Below are positions 7,196 through 17,204 of a stretch of 64,000 bases of DNA, piece after piece. The stretch comes from Candidatus Liptonbacteria bacterium (GTDB taxonomy: Bacteria; Patescibacteriota; Minisyncoccia; UBA6257; 2-01-FULL-56-20). Under the pieces are notes generated by a model, which saw nothing but the letters and a program-made list of their open reading frames with translations, was not told the origin of the DNA and searched no databases. Every line of letters begins with the position of its first letter. Positions within the stretch are counted from its first letter, which is position 1. Where the stretch lies: assembly GCA_016204385.1 (NCBI GenBank), contig JACQKW010000014.1, forward strand, positions 2,193-66,192, written 5' to 3'. A program made the position numbers and the translations under genes.

Positions 7196-9565
7196 TTATC
7201 CGCGAAGGCGGCGGTATATGCTTTCCTCGATCGCCTGCCGGTCCACGCCGTACGTCATTCGGGAATATTCTTTAAGCTCGTGCGCGAACTCGCGGTCTCC
7301 CGGCTCAAGCGATAATGTCCTCATGTTGAATGGTTTTGTGGTTTCGCCGCGGACGAGGATACGCACATATGCATTGAAGTTATCAATGTTGATAAGGTCG
7401 TTCCGGCTGAATATCGGCTCGAATTGCTTCACGAGAAACTCCGCGTCCTGCACGCCCACGCGGAACACGACTTGCGACCCCACGTTCCCGAAAACCGCAT
7501 CCCTTGTCTTTTCCGTTAACTGCGCGATGAACTGGTGCGCGACGGTGAGGTTCAAGCGATACTTGCGCGCCTCGGAGAGGATGGTTGAAATCGAGTCGGT
7601 GGTGAAGTTTTGAAATTCGTCGATGTAGAGGTTGAAATCCCGCCGTTTGTTCTGGTCCGGGATGTCCACGCGCGAGAGCGCCGCCATAAGGAGCTTGCCG
7701 GTCACGACCATGCCGAGCAATGCGGCGTTGATGTCACCGATCCTCCCTTTCGAAAGGTTGATGAGGAGGATTTTCCCTTCGTCCATACAGGCACGAAAAT
7801 TGAACGCCGACCGCTCCTGGCCGATGATGGGGCGCATATAATCGTTCGAGATGAAATTGTTGAATTTCGAAGTGATGTAGGGCGTCATGTTCGCGAGCGA
7901 CGCCTCCCCGCCGGCCTTCGCCGCTTCTTTCTCCCAGAAATCTATGACGGACAAGTTTTTTATTCTCGTTACTTTCCGCTTCCGGTATTCCGAATCCACG
8001 AATACGCGCGGCACCTCCATAAGCGTCGCGGGCTCGTTCGGCATATCTTCCATGAGAAGCAGGAGCGCATTCCGCATATACTGCTCGAACATGGGCCCCA
8101 TCGTCTCGGGCGGAAAGAGCTTGTTGAAAATGCCCTGCATTTCATTCACGATGAACGTCTTTTCCTCGGGACGGTCGTAATTGAAGTCGAGCATATTGAG
8201 CCCCACCGGGCGCCAGAGATCCGAAGGGTCGAAATAGATGAGGTCCTGCGCGCGATTCTTCGGGATGTATCCCAAAATCGTCTCCGCAAGGTCGCCGTGC
8301 GGATCGATCATCGCCACGCCCCGATTCCTTTGAATATCGTCGATCACCATTTTTGTCATGAGCGTTGATTTCCCCGTGCCGGTCTGCCCGACGACGTAGA
8401 TATGCCGGCGGCGGTCGTCATCAGAGAGACGCACCGGGCGCATTTGGCCGCGAAACACGCTCTCGCCCAAAAGTACGCCGTCCTCGGGGAACACCGCGGG
8501 GGGCGGCGCCTCTTTTGCCTTGAGCCATTTGATGCGCGGCGTCTCGGTGTAGGGAGTCGGAAAATGGTAAAAGCTCGCGATCTCTTCGCTGTTTAACAGC
8601 ATCTTCTGCCGCGCATCGAAATTCCGAAACACATACTGATAGATGAGTTTCTTGTTCTGCCGCGGCTTGACAAACCTGAATTCATTCCTGCCGGGCGCCG
8701 AGAATTGCGAGAAGCCCGCGGCAAGGCCGTCTAAAATGCTCTGCGCCTGAAACGAGGTTCCCGCGGAGGAGACAAGGCGGACGTTCACCTCATACAGCGG
8801 CTTTTTTGCCTTCGCCTCGATGGATTTTACTGCGTCTTCGTCAACGATGCGCTCCCGCTCCTCTGTCGTTTCCGATTTCGCCTGGAACGCGTTCTGTGCC
8901 TCCGCAAACCCGAATGGGAACGCGTGGCCAACCACTTTCTCCAGCGGCTCCCCTTTCTTGAGGAGCCGTATGAAACTATACATTTTTGTCCGCTCTTTTC
9001 TCGATGCGGGGCGCGCGATCACTTGGAGCGCCGCGCCTTCCCCTACCATATTCACTCTTGTGAACGCCCCCGCGATGGATGAAAAGGTATCCGCCCCGAT
9101 CTCGTTATACGTCCGCACGGGAAGCGCATAATGCTCCTTGAGAAGGAGGTAGGATGCCGCAGAGATGCCCTGCGCGTTGAAGATATTGTAGTCGTCCGGC
9201 GCCGCCTCGACGCTTGCGCCGTTCCAAATGCCCTGAATCTGCTTTACGGCCGTTTCGCGTTCGCGGCGCGGCACCGCAATGAAAAAATGTATTTCCTCCC
9301 CCACGTGCGGCACCGCTATTTCAAACACGAACGATTTTCTAAAGGATGCAAGATTCCCCAAAAGCTGTTCGAACTTGCCTATCTCTTTCGCGAAATCTCT
9401 CTCCGCCTGCCCGCCCTCGGGAACTTCGTTCGGCACCCGCACAAGATAAAGCGCCGTCTCGAGCGAGGCGTAAAACGCCCTGCGCACGAGAAGTCGGACA
9501 AGAAAATATGCCCCCAAGGCGGCCAAGGCGCCAAGCAAAAACCACGAAAGGAATTCGAGTATCAT
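7196..9565 (-). CDS. TraG/VirD4/TraD-like P-loop ATPase with N-terminal TM helix (paralog 1)
   Basis: 789 aa. N-terminal hydrophobic helix MILEFLSWFLLGALAALGAYFLV, Walker A VVGQTGTGKST, and later YIDEFQNF and EARKYRLNLTVAHQ. It is closely similar over the ATPase half to the ORF at 56129..57994. Confidence 0.8.
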   Translation of the reverse strand: MILEFLSWFLLGALAALGAYFLVRLLVRRAFYASLETALYLVRVPNEVPEGGQAERDFAKEIGKFEQLLGNLASFRKSFVFEIAVPHVGEEIHFFIAVPRRERETAVKQIQGIWNGASVEAAPDDYNIFNAQGISAASYLLLKEHYALPVRTYNEIGADTFSSIAGAFTRVNMVGEGAALQVIARPASRKERTKMYSFIRLLKKGEPLEKVVGHAFPFGFAEAQNAFQAKSETTEERERIVDEDAVKSIEAKAKKPLYEVNVRLVSSAGTSFQAQSILDGLAAGFSQFSAPGRNEFRFVKPRQNKKLIYQYVFRNFDARQKMLLNSEEIASFYHFPTPYTETPRIKWLKAKEAPPPAVFPEDGVLLGESVFRGQMRPVRLSDDDRRRHIYVVGQTGTGKSTLMTKMVIDDIQRNRGVAMIDPHGDLAETILGYIPKNRAQDLIYFDPSDLWRPVGLNMLDFNYDRPEEKTFIVNEMQGIFNKLFPPETMGPMFEQYMRNALLLLMEDMPNEPATLMEVPRVFVDSEYRKRKVTRIKNLSVIDFWEKEAAKAGGEASLANMTPYITSKFNNFISNDYMRPIIGQERSAFNFRACMDEGKILLINLSKGRIGDINAALLGMVVTGKLLMAALSRVDIPDQNKRRDFNLYIDEFQNFTTDSISTILSEARKYRLNLTVAHQFIAQLTEKTRDAVFGNVGSQVVFRVGVQDAEFLVKQFEPIFSRNDLINIDNFNAYVRILVRGETTKPFNMRTLSLEPGDREFAHELKEYSRMTYGVDRQAIEESIYRRLRG

Positions 9566-9954
9566 TTTATCTTTCCGCGGCGCTTGAGTTCTGGATACAA
9601 CCTGCCCACCACCGCATCATGGAACGCATCGAGCACGAATGCGCTCGATTTGCGGGCAAGCGTATCCGCATGCGCGATGCCGTCGCGGGACGCAACGTCA
9701 AGGAGGTGCTCGATTTCCTGCTTCGTTTCGGGGGACGCGGATGCCGCGTAGTCCGGAATTAAGGATACAGATCCGCCGTTTTCCCTCTTTTCGCCCTCGG
9801 GGTTAAGCTCCCGCAAGGATTTTTTGAGTATTTCCTCCCCCCCCATTCCCCGATATTCGGGGCGCCCGCGGCGGCGTTCTATCTCTCCGGCAAATCTTTC
9901 AAGATCGTGTTCCCGAAATTCCTGTTCTCTTCGAGACGAAGCGTGTTCCTGCAT
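9562..9954 (-). CDS. Hypothetical protein (130 aa), coupled to the TraG-like ATPase
   Basis: ATG ORF whose stop overlaps the ATPase start by 4 nt. Charged, with no recognisable motif. Confidence 0.55.
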   Translation of the reverse strand: MQEHASSRREQEFREHDLERFAGEIERRRGRPEYRGMGGEEILKKSLRELNPEGEKRENGGSVSLIPDYAASASPETKQEIEHLLDVASRDGIAHADTLARKSSAFVLDAFHDAVVGRLYPELKRRGKIK

Positions 9955-10015
9955 ACCATATGAGTATACCTCACTTCGACCCCGTGAGAAAAGAATTCCC
10001 CGTTCCCGGGGAATC

Positions 10016-10318
10016 CTATACCTTCACCACCTCCACTTCCGTAAAAGACTGGCGATGCCCTTTCTTCTTCCGATAGCGCGTCTTCGAATGGTACCGGAAC
10101 ACCATCTGTTTTCGCGCACGCCCTTGCCGCACCACCTTTCCTTCAACCACGCGCGCAAGATACGGCGCGCCGATCTCGACCTCGCTGTCCGAAACTCTGA
10201 GTAATACTTTGTTGAACGGGACGCCGTCGCCTTCGCGAACGTTGATCTTGTCTATCTTTATCTTTTGGCCCTCGCGCACGCGATATTGCTTCCCGCCGGA
10301 TTCTATCACTGCATACAT
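10016..10318 (-). CDS. rplU: 50S ribosomal protein L21
   Basis: MYAVIESGGKQYRVREGQKI...FRYHSKTRYRKKKGHRQ. Start trimmed from ORF-track 10504 to the ATG at 10318, where L21 homology begins. Confidence 0.92.
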   Translation of the reverse strand: MYAVIESGGKQYRVREGQKIKIDKINVREGDGVPFNKVLLRVSDSEVEIGAPYLARVVEGKVVRQGRARKQMVFRYHSKTRYRKKKGHRQSFTEVEVVKV

Positions 10319-10329
10319 AGAAATAAAAA

Positions 10330-10680
10330 TTAACGCACCAAGTTTACGGAAATGATAACCCTGAAACCGATAAAAATCAAGAGGCTTAAAAAAAGCGTCG
10401 CCCATCCGATGAGCGCCTCGAAGAGCGCGCTTCGCTTCGCCATTTCGAGTGAAAGAAAAAAATTCACTCCCACCGCAATGAGCGCCACGATCGCAACGTA
10501 CCATAGATCAATGACTGACCCGGTTTCGGTGATTGAAAAATCGCTGAAATGGATGATGAGGGGCTCTCTGATGTGCCGAAGCGACAAAAAAGCCCATGCG
10601 AATCCCCCGAGGATGAGGAGCGCGCTTGTTCCGAACACCGCAACGCGCCATCGGTGCGTGTGTATGAAATCTGCGATCAT
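10330..10680 (-). CDS. Hypothetical membrane protein (116 aa)
   Basis: ATG ORF with three or four hydrophobic helices. Confidence 0.6.
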   Translation of the reverse strand: MIADFIHTHRWRVAVFGTSALLILGGFAWAFLSLRHIREPLIIHFSDFSITETGSVIDLWYVAIVALIAVGVNFFLSLEMAKRSALFEALIGWATLFLSLLIFIGFRVIISVNLVR

Positions 10681-10683
10681 GTG

Positions 10684-11664
10684 CTACCGCAAGAGCGCGG
10701 CTGCCGTATCGGGATCGACTACGTTGATCTCGACTCCGGTCGAAAGCTCAAATCCCGCGGCAATGGACGTTTTCGGGAGCACCTCTATGTGCCAATGGTA
10801 ATGATCGTGTTTTCTCTGCTCCTTCAAGGGAGCGGTATGAATGAAAAAATTAAAATCGGGGTCGTTCAAGCGCGTCTTCATCCGCCGGATCGTATGTTGA
10901 AGCGCTCGTGCCGCAGCGAGAAGGTCCGCGACGGGAGTGTACTCGAAAAACGGGAGGTGCCGGCGCGGGAATATCCTGAATTCAAACTCCTGCTGAGAAA
11001 CGAACGGCGCGAACGCAACCGCGCGCGCGTCTTTATAGATAATCCGCTTCTCGCGTTTGGCCTCGAATTTGACCATATCACAGTGTACGCACCTCCCGTA
11101 CCGGCGTTTATAATCTTTTGAACCAATGAGCGAATGCTGGATATGCGGCGGGATGATGGGAAGGGTGAGCACTTGATAATGAGGGTGATAGATTGACGCG
11201 CCAGCGCTTGCGCCCCAATTGAAAAACGTCGAGGTGTACACAAGGCATCTGTCTTTCGCAAGCGTGCGGTACCGCTCCTGCAGCACAAGCAATACCCGGA
11301 GCGCGCGCGCGCGCGAAAGCGCGCCGAAATTCTTGTCATGATCCCGCGTGACCACGAGATCATGATGCCCAATGCCAGGCGCACGCTCGTACGGGCCCTC
11401 CCTCCGGAGCGTAAGGCACGCTTGATGGTGGACCAACGCAGGATACTTATTGGGAATTACCGCAACCTCCCATCGCGCGTCATTTGGGTAGCTTACGATC
11501 GGAGCGCTGTTTCCCGAGGCCTTGAGGTTTTCAAACGGACATGTGCGCTTTGGGGACGCGCGGCGGACATGTTTTTTTGCGTGCGCGGCGTGCGGCCGCC
11601 CGGCCCGGTCGGGCGCCATGATTATCCAATCCCTCGAGACCGAATCCCTTCGTAACTCACTCAT
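10684..11664 (-). CDS. galT: Galactose-1-phosphate uridylyltransferase-like (GalT/HIT superfamily) protein
   Basis: HPH-x-Q active-site motif (IYHPHYQV) and a second His-rich half (HDHYHWHIEVLPK). Size is 326 aa. Confidence 0.7.
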   Translation of the reverse strand: MSELRRDSVSRDWIIMAPDRAGRPHAAHAKKHVRRASPKRTCPFENLKASGNSAPIVSYPNDARWEVAVIPNKYPALVHHQACLTLRREGPYERAPGIGHHDLVVTRDHDKNFGALSRARALRVLLVLQERYRTLAKDRCLVYTSTFFNWGASAGASIYHPHYQVLTLPIIPPHIQHSLIGSKDYKRRYGRCVHCDMVKFEAKREKRIIYKDARAVAFAPFVSQQEFEFRIFPRRHLPFFEYTPVADLLAAARALQHTIRRMKTRLNDPDFNFFIHTAPLKEQRKHDHYHWHIEVLPKTSIAAGFELSTGVEINVVDPDTAAALLR

Positions 11665-13559
11665 TTCAATCTGTGTTCATAATACCAATTGAGCGCGTCA
11701 CGCGCGATGGGAAGGGCGTTTAAGCTTCCTTCGCGCGAATTTTCGACGAGTACAAGGATTGCAATGCTCGGTGGATCGCCCTCTCGCGCCGACGCATACC
11801 CCACAAAGAACGCGTTCTCTTCTGTGTTATTTCTTACCTGCGCACTCCCGGTTTTTGCATACACGGGGAACGGCAAATTCAGAAGTGTGCCCGCGGTGCC
11901 CCGAGGAGAAGTCACTGCTTCCCTCATGCCATGTTCGACTTCCAAGAATTCGGCGCGGAGCTCCGAGAGATCCTTGCGGACAACCGGTTCCTGCCCGCGT
12001 GCGCGGATGAAGGGCTCTAAGAGAAAACCCTTGTTCGCAATCGCGTTCACATATGAAAGAAGCTGGATAGGCGTCACAAGCAAATCGCCCTGCCCGATCG
12101 AGACGTTATACGTATCGCCAAGAAGCCATGGATTCCCCGATGCGCGCTCCCGTTCCCGCGGATCGGGCAAAAAACCCTCGGCTTCGCCGGGAAGATCAAT
12201 TCCCGACGGAACTCCCAAAAGGAATTCCTTCCACCACGTTCTCAAGCGTTCCACGCCCAAGCCGCGTATGCCAGCGTTTTCCGGATAGTACGCGACGTCG
12301 GGAGAATTATTCGGCGATCCCCCCCCGACGAGATAAAAATAGACGTTGCTTGATTGCGCGATTGCCGCCGACAAATCAACCGATCCCTGGAAACGCCAAT
12401 CCAGATAACGCGTCGGCTCCTGCGGACGGTACGGATTCGGGATATCGAGGTAGCCGGGAGAAAAAACCCTGCGGTCGGGCGAGATCACCCCCTCGCTAAG
12501 CGCCGCAACCGCGACGAGCGGCTTTATAGTCGAGCCCGGATTGTACGCGCCGCCGATTGCCCTGTTAAAGAGGGGTTCGAGCGGCGAGCGTAACAGTTCC
12601 CTCTTCTCTTCGGGGTTGCCCGAAGATGAAAACACGTTGTTATCCGCGCTCGGCACGGAGAAAAGCGCAAGTATCTCTCCGTTCTGGGGATTCATGGCAA
12701 TGCCAACGCCCGTGGTTCTCTGAAGCGCGCGAAGCCCTTCCGTGAGGCGCGAATAAAAATAATCCTGAAACTCGCTGTCAATCGTGGTCTCAAGGATCTC
12801 TCCAAAGGAGGGAGGGGTTGTCTCGGGCTCGGTACGCGGCATGCCTCGCGCATCGCGAACGTGTATCACGCTGCCGGGCGTGCCGCGCAACCGCGAGTCG
12901 TATTGCGCCTCGAGTCCCGCGCGGCCCACGGTTGCGTGGTATCCAAGCGCGGGATCATTTTTAAGGTCGCGCGCATTCACGAGGCCCGTGTACCCCACAA
13001 CCGTTGAGAGGGCCGGGCCCTGCGGATACTTTCGCTTAAATCCTTCCTCAAATGAGAACGCAGGTTCGCTGAGCGCCTTTAGGGCGCGCAATTCATCGCG
13101 CCCTATGCCCTCCGAGAGCACCACCGTACCCGACCGCGCTCCAAGATCCGCCTCGCGTATCCTTTGCCAGACCGAATCGGGAGAAAGCTTGAGGATCTGC
13201 TCCGCGGCGTGGAGCACTCGCAACTCGGTATCCGGATCGGTCAAAAATTTCCCGGTATCCAGCGCAAGGAGGAAACTCGGCTCATTCTCGGCAAGCACCT
13301 TTCCGAAACGATCCACGATCACCCCGCGGGGAGCCGGAATTTCCTTATGCGCCGACATATTGACGGCCGCGCGCGCGCTATACTGCGGGGCGCGCGCGCC
13401 CAAGAAAAAAATCTGCCCAAGCACCACAATCCCCGCGCCCACGACCGCAACGCCGGAGAGCGCAAGCGTGCGCGGCGGAAGCGGCACCTCTATGACGTTT
13501 GATTCGTCTGTCCACGCGCCCGCGAGCGCTTCCTCAAACGACAACCCCTCTTTCTTCAT
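11661..13559 (-). CDS. mrdA: Penicillin-binding protein 2 (transpeptidase)
   Basis: SxxK (PGSTIKP) and KTG (YAKTGSA) motifs plus an N-terminal TM. Start trimmed to the ATG at 13559 (MKKEGLSF), which overlaps the upstream stop as ATGA. Located directly downstream of mreBCD. Confidence 0.85.
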   Translation of the reverse strand: MKKEGLSFEEALAGAWTDESNVIEVPLPPRTLALSGVAVVGAGIVVLGQIFFLGARAPQYSARAAVNMSAHKEIPAPRGVIVDRFGKVLAENEPSFLLALDTGKFLTDPDTELRVLHAAEQILKLSPDSVWQRIREADLGARSGTVVLSEGIGRDELRALKALSEPAFSFEEGFKRKYPQGPALSTVVGYTGLVNARDLKNDPALGYHATVGRAGLEAQYDSRLRGTPGSVIHVRDARGMPRTEPETTPPSFGEILETTIDSEFQDYFYSRLTEGLRALQRTTGVGIAMNPQNGEILALFSVPSADNNVFSSSGNPEEKRELLRSPLEPLFNRAIGGAYNPGSTIKPLVAVAALSEGVISPDRRVFSPGYLDIPNPYRPQEPTRYLDWRFQGSVDLSAAIAQSSNVYFYLVGGGSPNNSPDVAYYPENAGIRGLGVERLRTWWKEFLLGVPSGIDLPGEAEGFLPDPRERERASGNPWLLGDTYNVSIGQGDLLVTPIQLLSYVNAIANKGFLLEPFIRARGQEPVVRKDLSELRAEFLEVEHGMREAVTSPRGTAGTLLNLPFPVYAKTGSAQVRNNTEENAFFVGYASAREGDPPSIAILVLVENSREGSLNALPIARDALNWYYEHRLK

Positions 13560-14032
13560 ACTAATTCCTGAACCTCCCTTCCATAAAAATATTTGAAATA
13601 TCCGTAGACAAAAAGGCCGTAGATGCCCGCAAGGACGATGTCCTCCAATAGTGCGTACGGCGCGTAGGAGACCAACTGAAATGAAGACACGGCGTAAAAC
13701 GCCGCAATGCCGATCATGACCGAAACGATGTTTGCAAGCCACCCGCGCACCGCAAAAATTATTTTTCGCATAAAAAATAAGGTAAAGGGAATAATGAACA
13801 GGAGGTACAATTCGATGCCGGGGAGCGGATGCCAGTGGAGGAAAAACGCCGCGAGGGAAACGATGAAGACGAGCTCAAAAAAACCCAAAAAAAGCGAGAA
13901 CGTGATGAGCGCGGCAAGCACGAAATCGGGCAGGAAACCGAACGCGACACCTGCATAAAATCGCAGGTACAACGTTGCCGCAAGGATGAGTACGGCCGAG
14001 ATGAGCCCTTTATTGCTGTGGAGCGGCGGCAT
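13556..14032 (-). CDS. mreD: Putative rod shape-determining protein MreD
   Basis: Polytopic small membrane protein between mreC and PBP2. Assignment is by position only; the start is uncertain (ATG at 14032 chosen). Confidence 0.5.
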   Translation of the reverse strand: MPPLHSNKGLISAVLILAATLYLRFYAGVAFGFLPDFVLAALITFSLFLGFFELVFIVSLAAFFLHWHPLPGIELYLLFIIPFTLFFMRKIIFAVRGWLANIVSVMIGIAAFYAVSSFQLVSYAPYALLEDIVLAGIYGLFVYGYFKYFYGREVQELV

Positions 14033-14699
14033 TCTTGGTGCGGACCGATACGGCGCGGACGTCGCGCATATCATAGGGAAACGTGATGGTCGCCTCTTGA
14101 AAAAGCTGGTCTGCCGAGAGCGTGACTGCGCGCACTTCTCCCACCGGCGTTCCTACCGGAAAACCCGGAGACGCGCTCACGATCGAATCGCCTGCTTTCA
14201 CTTTTACCTGCCGATCAATGAGCGTGATTCGCGGCTGATTTCCCCCGACGAGGAGCGCGTCGAACCCTTGCGCTCCCACGCGCACGGCAGACTGCCAGCG
14301 ATAATCGAACACCGTCCGTACCACGCTTGAATCTTCAAATACCTCTTTTGCGGCGCCCAAGAGAAACTCACCGAAAAGCACCGCATCTTCGGGGGAGATC
14401 CCCTCCGCCGCTCCCGCGTTCACCAAAAGCTCATTCCTGAAATTATAAGGATATCGCGAATAGACGAGCGCGGGCACGCGCACTGCCTTCTCTTCCGGCA
14501 ATTGCGCCCGCACGCTCTCTAACAATTCTGCCTCGCTTTTCAAACGCGCGTTCTCCTTCTTGAGCGTGTCGAGTTCGGAATCCGCGCGCCGTGGCCCCGA
14601 AAGGAGCTCTTGCACGCTCCACCCGATGCGCGGCTGCCAGACAATAAGAAATACGAGAAACACGATTAATCCCGCAAGCGACCAGCTTTCTTTCTCCAT
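14010..14699 (-). CDS. mreC: Rod shape-determining protein MreC
   Basis: N-terminal TM, coiled-coil LDTLKKENARLKSEAELLESV, a C-terminal beta-rich domain, and a position after mreB. Confidence 0.7.
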   Translation of the reverse strand: MEKESWSLAGLIVFLVFLIVWQPRIGWSVQELLSGPRRADSELDTLKKENARLKSEAELLESVRAQLPEEKAVRVPALVYSRYPYNFRNELLVNAGAAEGISPEDAVLFGEFLLGAAKEVFEDSSVVRTVFDYRWQSAVRVGAQGFDALLVGGNQPRITLIDRQVKVKAGDSIVSASPGFPVGTPVGEVRAVTLSADQLFQEATITFPYDMRDVRAVSVRTKNAAAPQQ

Positions 14700-14719
14700 A
14701 TCATTACAGTATACAAGGG

Positions 14720-15763
14720 CTACAGATTGATCACGAGGGGCTTGAGGGGATTATCGAGAAGGTCGCGGTGCGCCTCAAAATCGTCCACGATCCTCCCCAA
14801 ACCGCGCGCGACGCAGGTCAGAGGATCGTCCGCAACGGTCGCGACGATTGAGGTCTCTTTCTCAATGAGGCGGTCGAGTCCGCGGAGAAGCGCGCCCCCT
14901 CCGCACAGGTACACTCCTTGTTTCAGCATGTCTCCCACGAGTTCCGGCGGCGTTCCTGCAATCACATCGCGCACCGCATCCGTGATGATGCCGAGGGATC
15001 TCGCCATTGCCGCGCGGAGGTGGTTGTTTTTTACGAGAATTTCCTTTGGCAACCCCGTGCTCTGGTCGCGGCCGCGGAGCGCAATTTCGAGCCGCCCGTC
15101 GAGCGGAACCGCGGAACCGGCCTCGATTTTCGCAAGCTCCGCAGTGGGTTCGCCGATAATGAGCCCGAACTCTTCTTTTATGAACCGCGCAATATCGTCA
15201 TTGAGTTTATCTCCTGCAACCTTGAGCGTCCTTGATACCACGGGCCCGCCCATCGAAATCACCGCAATATCGGTGGTGCCGCCGCCCACGTCCACGATAA
15301 GGCTCGCGGTCGGCCGTTCGATCGGCAATCCTGCGCCCATCGCGGCGACCACAGGCGCCTCGACGAGGTATACTTTGCCGCATCCGGCATTCAACGCCAC
15401 ATCCTCGATTGATTTTCTCTCCACCTCGGTCAGATTATTGGGAATCGCGAGAATTCCTCTCCTGAACCCGAACGACAACCCATGGCTCACGCGCTTCAAG
15501 AACTGGCGCAACAGCTCCTGCGTCATCTCAAAATCGGATATCACCCCTCCCACGAGAGGGCGCACCACCCCGATGTGCGGCGGCGTTCGGTTGAGCATCT
15601 TTTTCGCATCGTCGCCCACGGCAAGAATCTGATTCGTTTTTCTGTTGATCGCGGCGCACGAAGGTTCGTTCACGATAATGCCGCGATTCCGAAGATAGAT
15701 AAGGGAGTTGGCGGTGCCAAGGTCAATCCCCACGTCTCTCATAAATTGATACAATCCCCTCAT
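14720..15763 (-). CDS. mreB: Rod shape-determining protein MreB
   Basis: Actin-fold motifs GIDLGTANSL and DVGGGTTDIAVIS. Start set to the ATG at 15763, just after the proS stop. Confidence 0.9.
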   Translation of the reverse strand: MRGLYQFMRDVGIDLGTANSLIYLRNRGIIVNEPSCAAINRKTNQILAVGDDAKKMLNRTPPHIGVVRPLVGGVISDFEMTQELLRQFLKRVSHGLSFGFRRGILAIPNNLTEVERKSIEDVALNAGCGKVYLVEAPVVAAMGAGLPIERPTASLIVDVGGGTTDIAVISMGGPVVSRTLKVAGDKLNDDIARFIKEEFGLIIGEPTAELAKIEAGSAVPLDGRLEIALRGRDQSTGLPKEILVKNNHLRAAMARSLGIITDAVRDVIAGTPPELVGDMLKQGVYLCGGGALLRGLDRLIEKETSIVATVADDPLTCVARGLGRIVDDFEAHRDLLDNPLKPLVINL

Positions 15764-15768
15764 GGTAT

Positions 15769-17013
15769 TTAGGTAGACAGACCAATCATCCCGCACGCTT
15801 CCTTAAGCGAAACGACGTTTCGTTGTTCCTCTCCTCGCCGTTTCATTTCCACGTGAGCGCTCCCTTCCTGTTTCGTCTTCTTGCTCACCACCATGCGCCA
15901 CGGAATTCCTACGAGGTCCGCTTCGGCGAACTTTTCGCCGGGCGTCTCGTCCCTGTCGTCATAGAGTACTTCAATCCGACGTGCCTGTAAATCGCGGTAT
16001 ATTTCTCCCCCCTCCGCGCGATCAAGTTCGAGCAGATGAACCTGGTATGGCGCGATCGCGTCCGGCCAGAGAATACCCTTCGCATCGTGATGAAGCTCTA
16101 CCGCCGCGCCCATAAGGCGCCCCACTCCGATACCGTAGGAACCCATGACCACGTCTTCGCGTGTTCCCTCGCGCGAAAGGAAGGCAAGGTTGAACGCCTT
16201 CGCAAATTTTGTTCCGAGCGGGAAAATGTTCCCCACCTCGATCGAGTGTTTCTTCTCGACGTTTCCTTTCCCGCACTTCGGGCATTTTCCTCCCTCCGTG
16301 AGCTTTGAGATTTCCGCGTTTTCGGCGTATTCGCACGCGCGGCAGACGAATATGGTGTCTTCGCCGTTCTCCGAAACCGCCTGGAATTCGTGTGTATTTT
16401 CCTTGGTAAAGTCTCCTCCCCCGGCGAGCGTGAGGATCGCGCGTACGCCGCACCGCGCAAATATGGCGTGGTATGCGGCAATGACCTTTTGATAGTATGC
16501 GGCGAAATCCTCCTCGCTCGCGTGGAAACTGTAGAGATCTTTCATGATGAACTCTCTGCCGCGAAGGAGTCCCGACTTTGCCCGCGGCTCATTCCTGAAC
16601 TTCGTCTGAATCTGATATGCCGAAAACGGGAGGTCCTTGTAGGAGCTCACATACTGCTTTGCGATTGCCGTCATCACCTCCTCGTGCGTCCACCCCAAAC
16701 TGAAACGGGCGTGGTCCTCGCCTTTTCCCCGTATCTCAAAGCCAACCGGCACATCCCATCTGCCGCTTGCATCAAAATATTTTTTATCCACGAGCGCGGG
16801 CATGAGTATCTCCTCACCCCCGATCGCGTTCATCTCCTCGCGGATAATCGCCGCAATCTTCTGGATCACCCGCCATCCGAGCGGCAGATACGAATACACT
16901 CCCGCGGAATTTTTAAACACGAACCCGCCCCGCGAAAGGAGCTTTGCGTTTACCGCCGCTTCGTCCTTCGGCGCATCCCTCTCTACCCGCGTGAAAAGCC
17001 CAGATTGGCGCAT
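15769..17013 (-). CDS. proS: Proline--tRNA ligase
   Basis: Homology starts at MRQSGLFTRVERDAPKDEAAVNAKLLSRGGFV. Class II motifs FRNEPRAKSGLLRGREF and GSYGIGVGRL are present. The ORF-track N-terminal extension to 17271 has no ProS-like sequence. Confidence 0.85.
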   Translation of the reverse strand: MRQSGLFTRVERDAPKDEAAVNAKLLSRGGFVFKNSAGVYSYLPLGWRVIQKIAAIIREEMNAIGGEEILMPALVDKKYFDASGRWDVPVGFEIRGKGEDHARFSLGWTHEEVMTAIAKQYVSSYKDLPFSAYQIQTKFRNEPRAKSGLLRGREFIMKDLYSFHASEEDFAAYYQKVIAAYHAIFARCGVRAILTLAGGGDFTKENTHEFQAVSENGEDTIFVCRACEYAENAEISKLTEGGKCPKCGKGNVEKKHSIEVGNIFPLGTKFAKAFNLAFLSREGTREDVVMGSYGIGVGRLMGAAVELHHDAKGILWPDAIAPYQVHLLELDRAEGGEIYRDLQARRIEVLYDDRDETPGEKFAEADLVGIPWRMVVSKKTKQEGSAHVEMKRRGEEQRNVVSLKEACGMIGLST

Positions 17014-17051
17014 TACGTCTAAGCTTACCACGCGCGCGGAAACCTGGTAAA

Positions 17052-17183
17052 CCCCCACACCGAATTGAGATGGGCATCCTTCCGAAGCCGTTCCAGGGAT
17101 ATTGTATAGGGCGTTCAGGCGAAACGTGTCGAGCATTGGAAGTTGCGGAACGCAGGGCTTCGCAATCTCAATTCGGTGGGGGG
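17052..17183 (-). promoter_or_regulatory. Structured proS leader enclosed by a long-range helix
   Basis: caccgaattgagat (17058..17071) is the exact reverse complement of atctcaattcggtg (17165..17178). A C5/G5 extension follows across a 2-nt bulge. The helix encloses about 95 nt between mraY and proS. Confidence 0.35.
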
Positions 17184-17204
17184 TACACCGAACACGCCGG
17201 CGAG

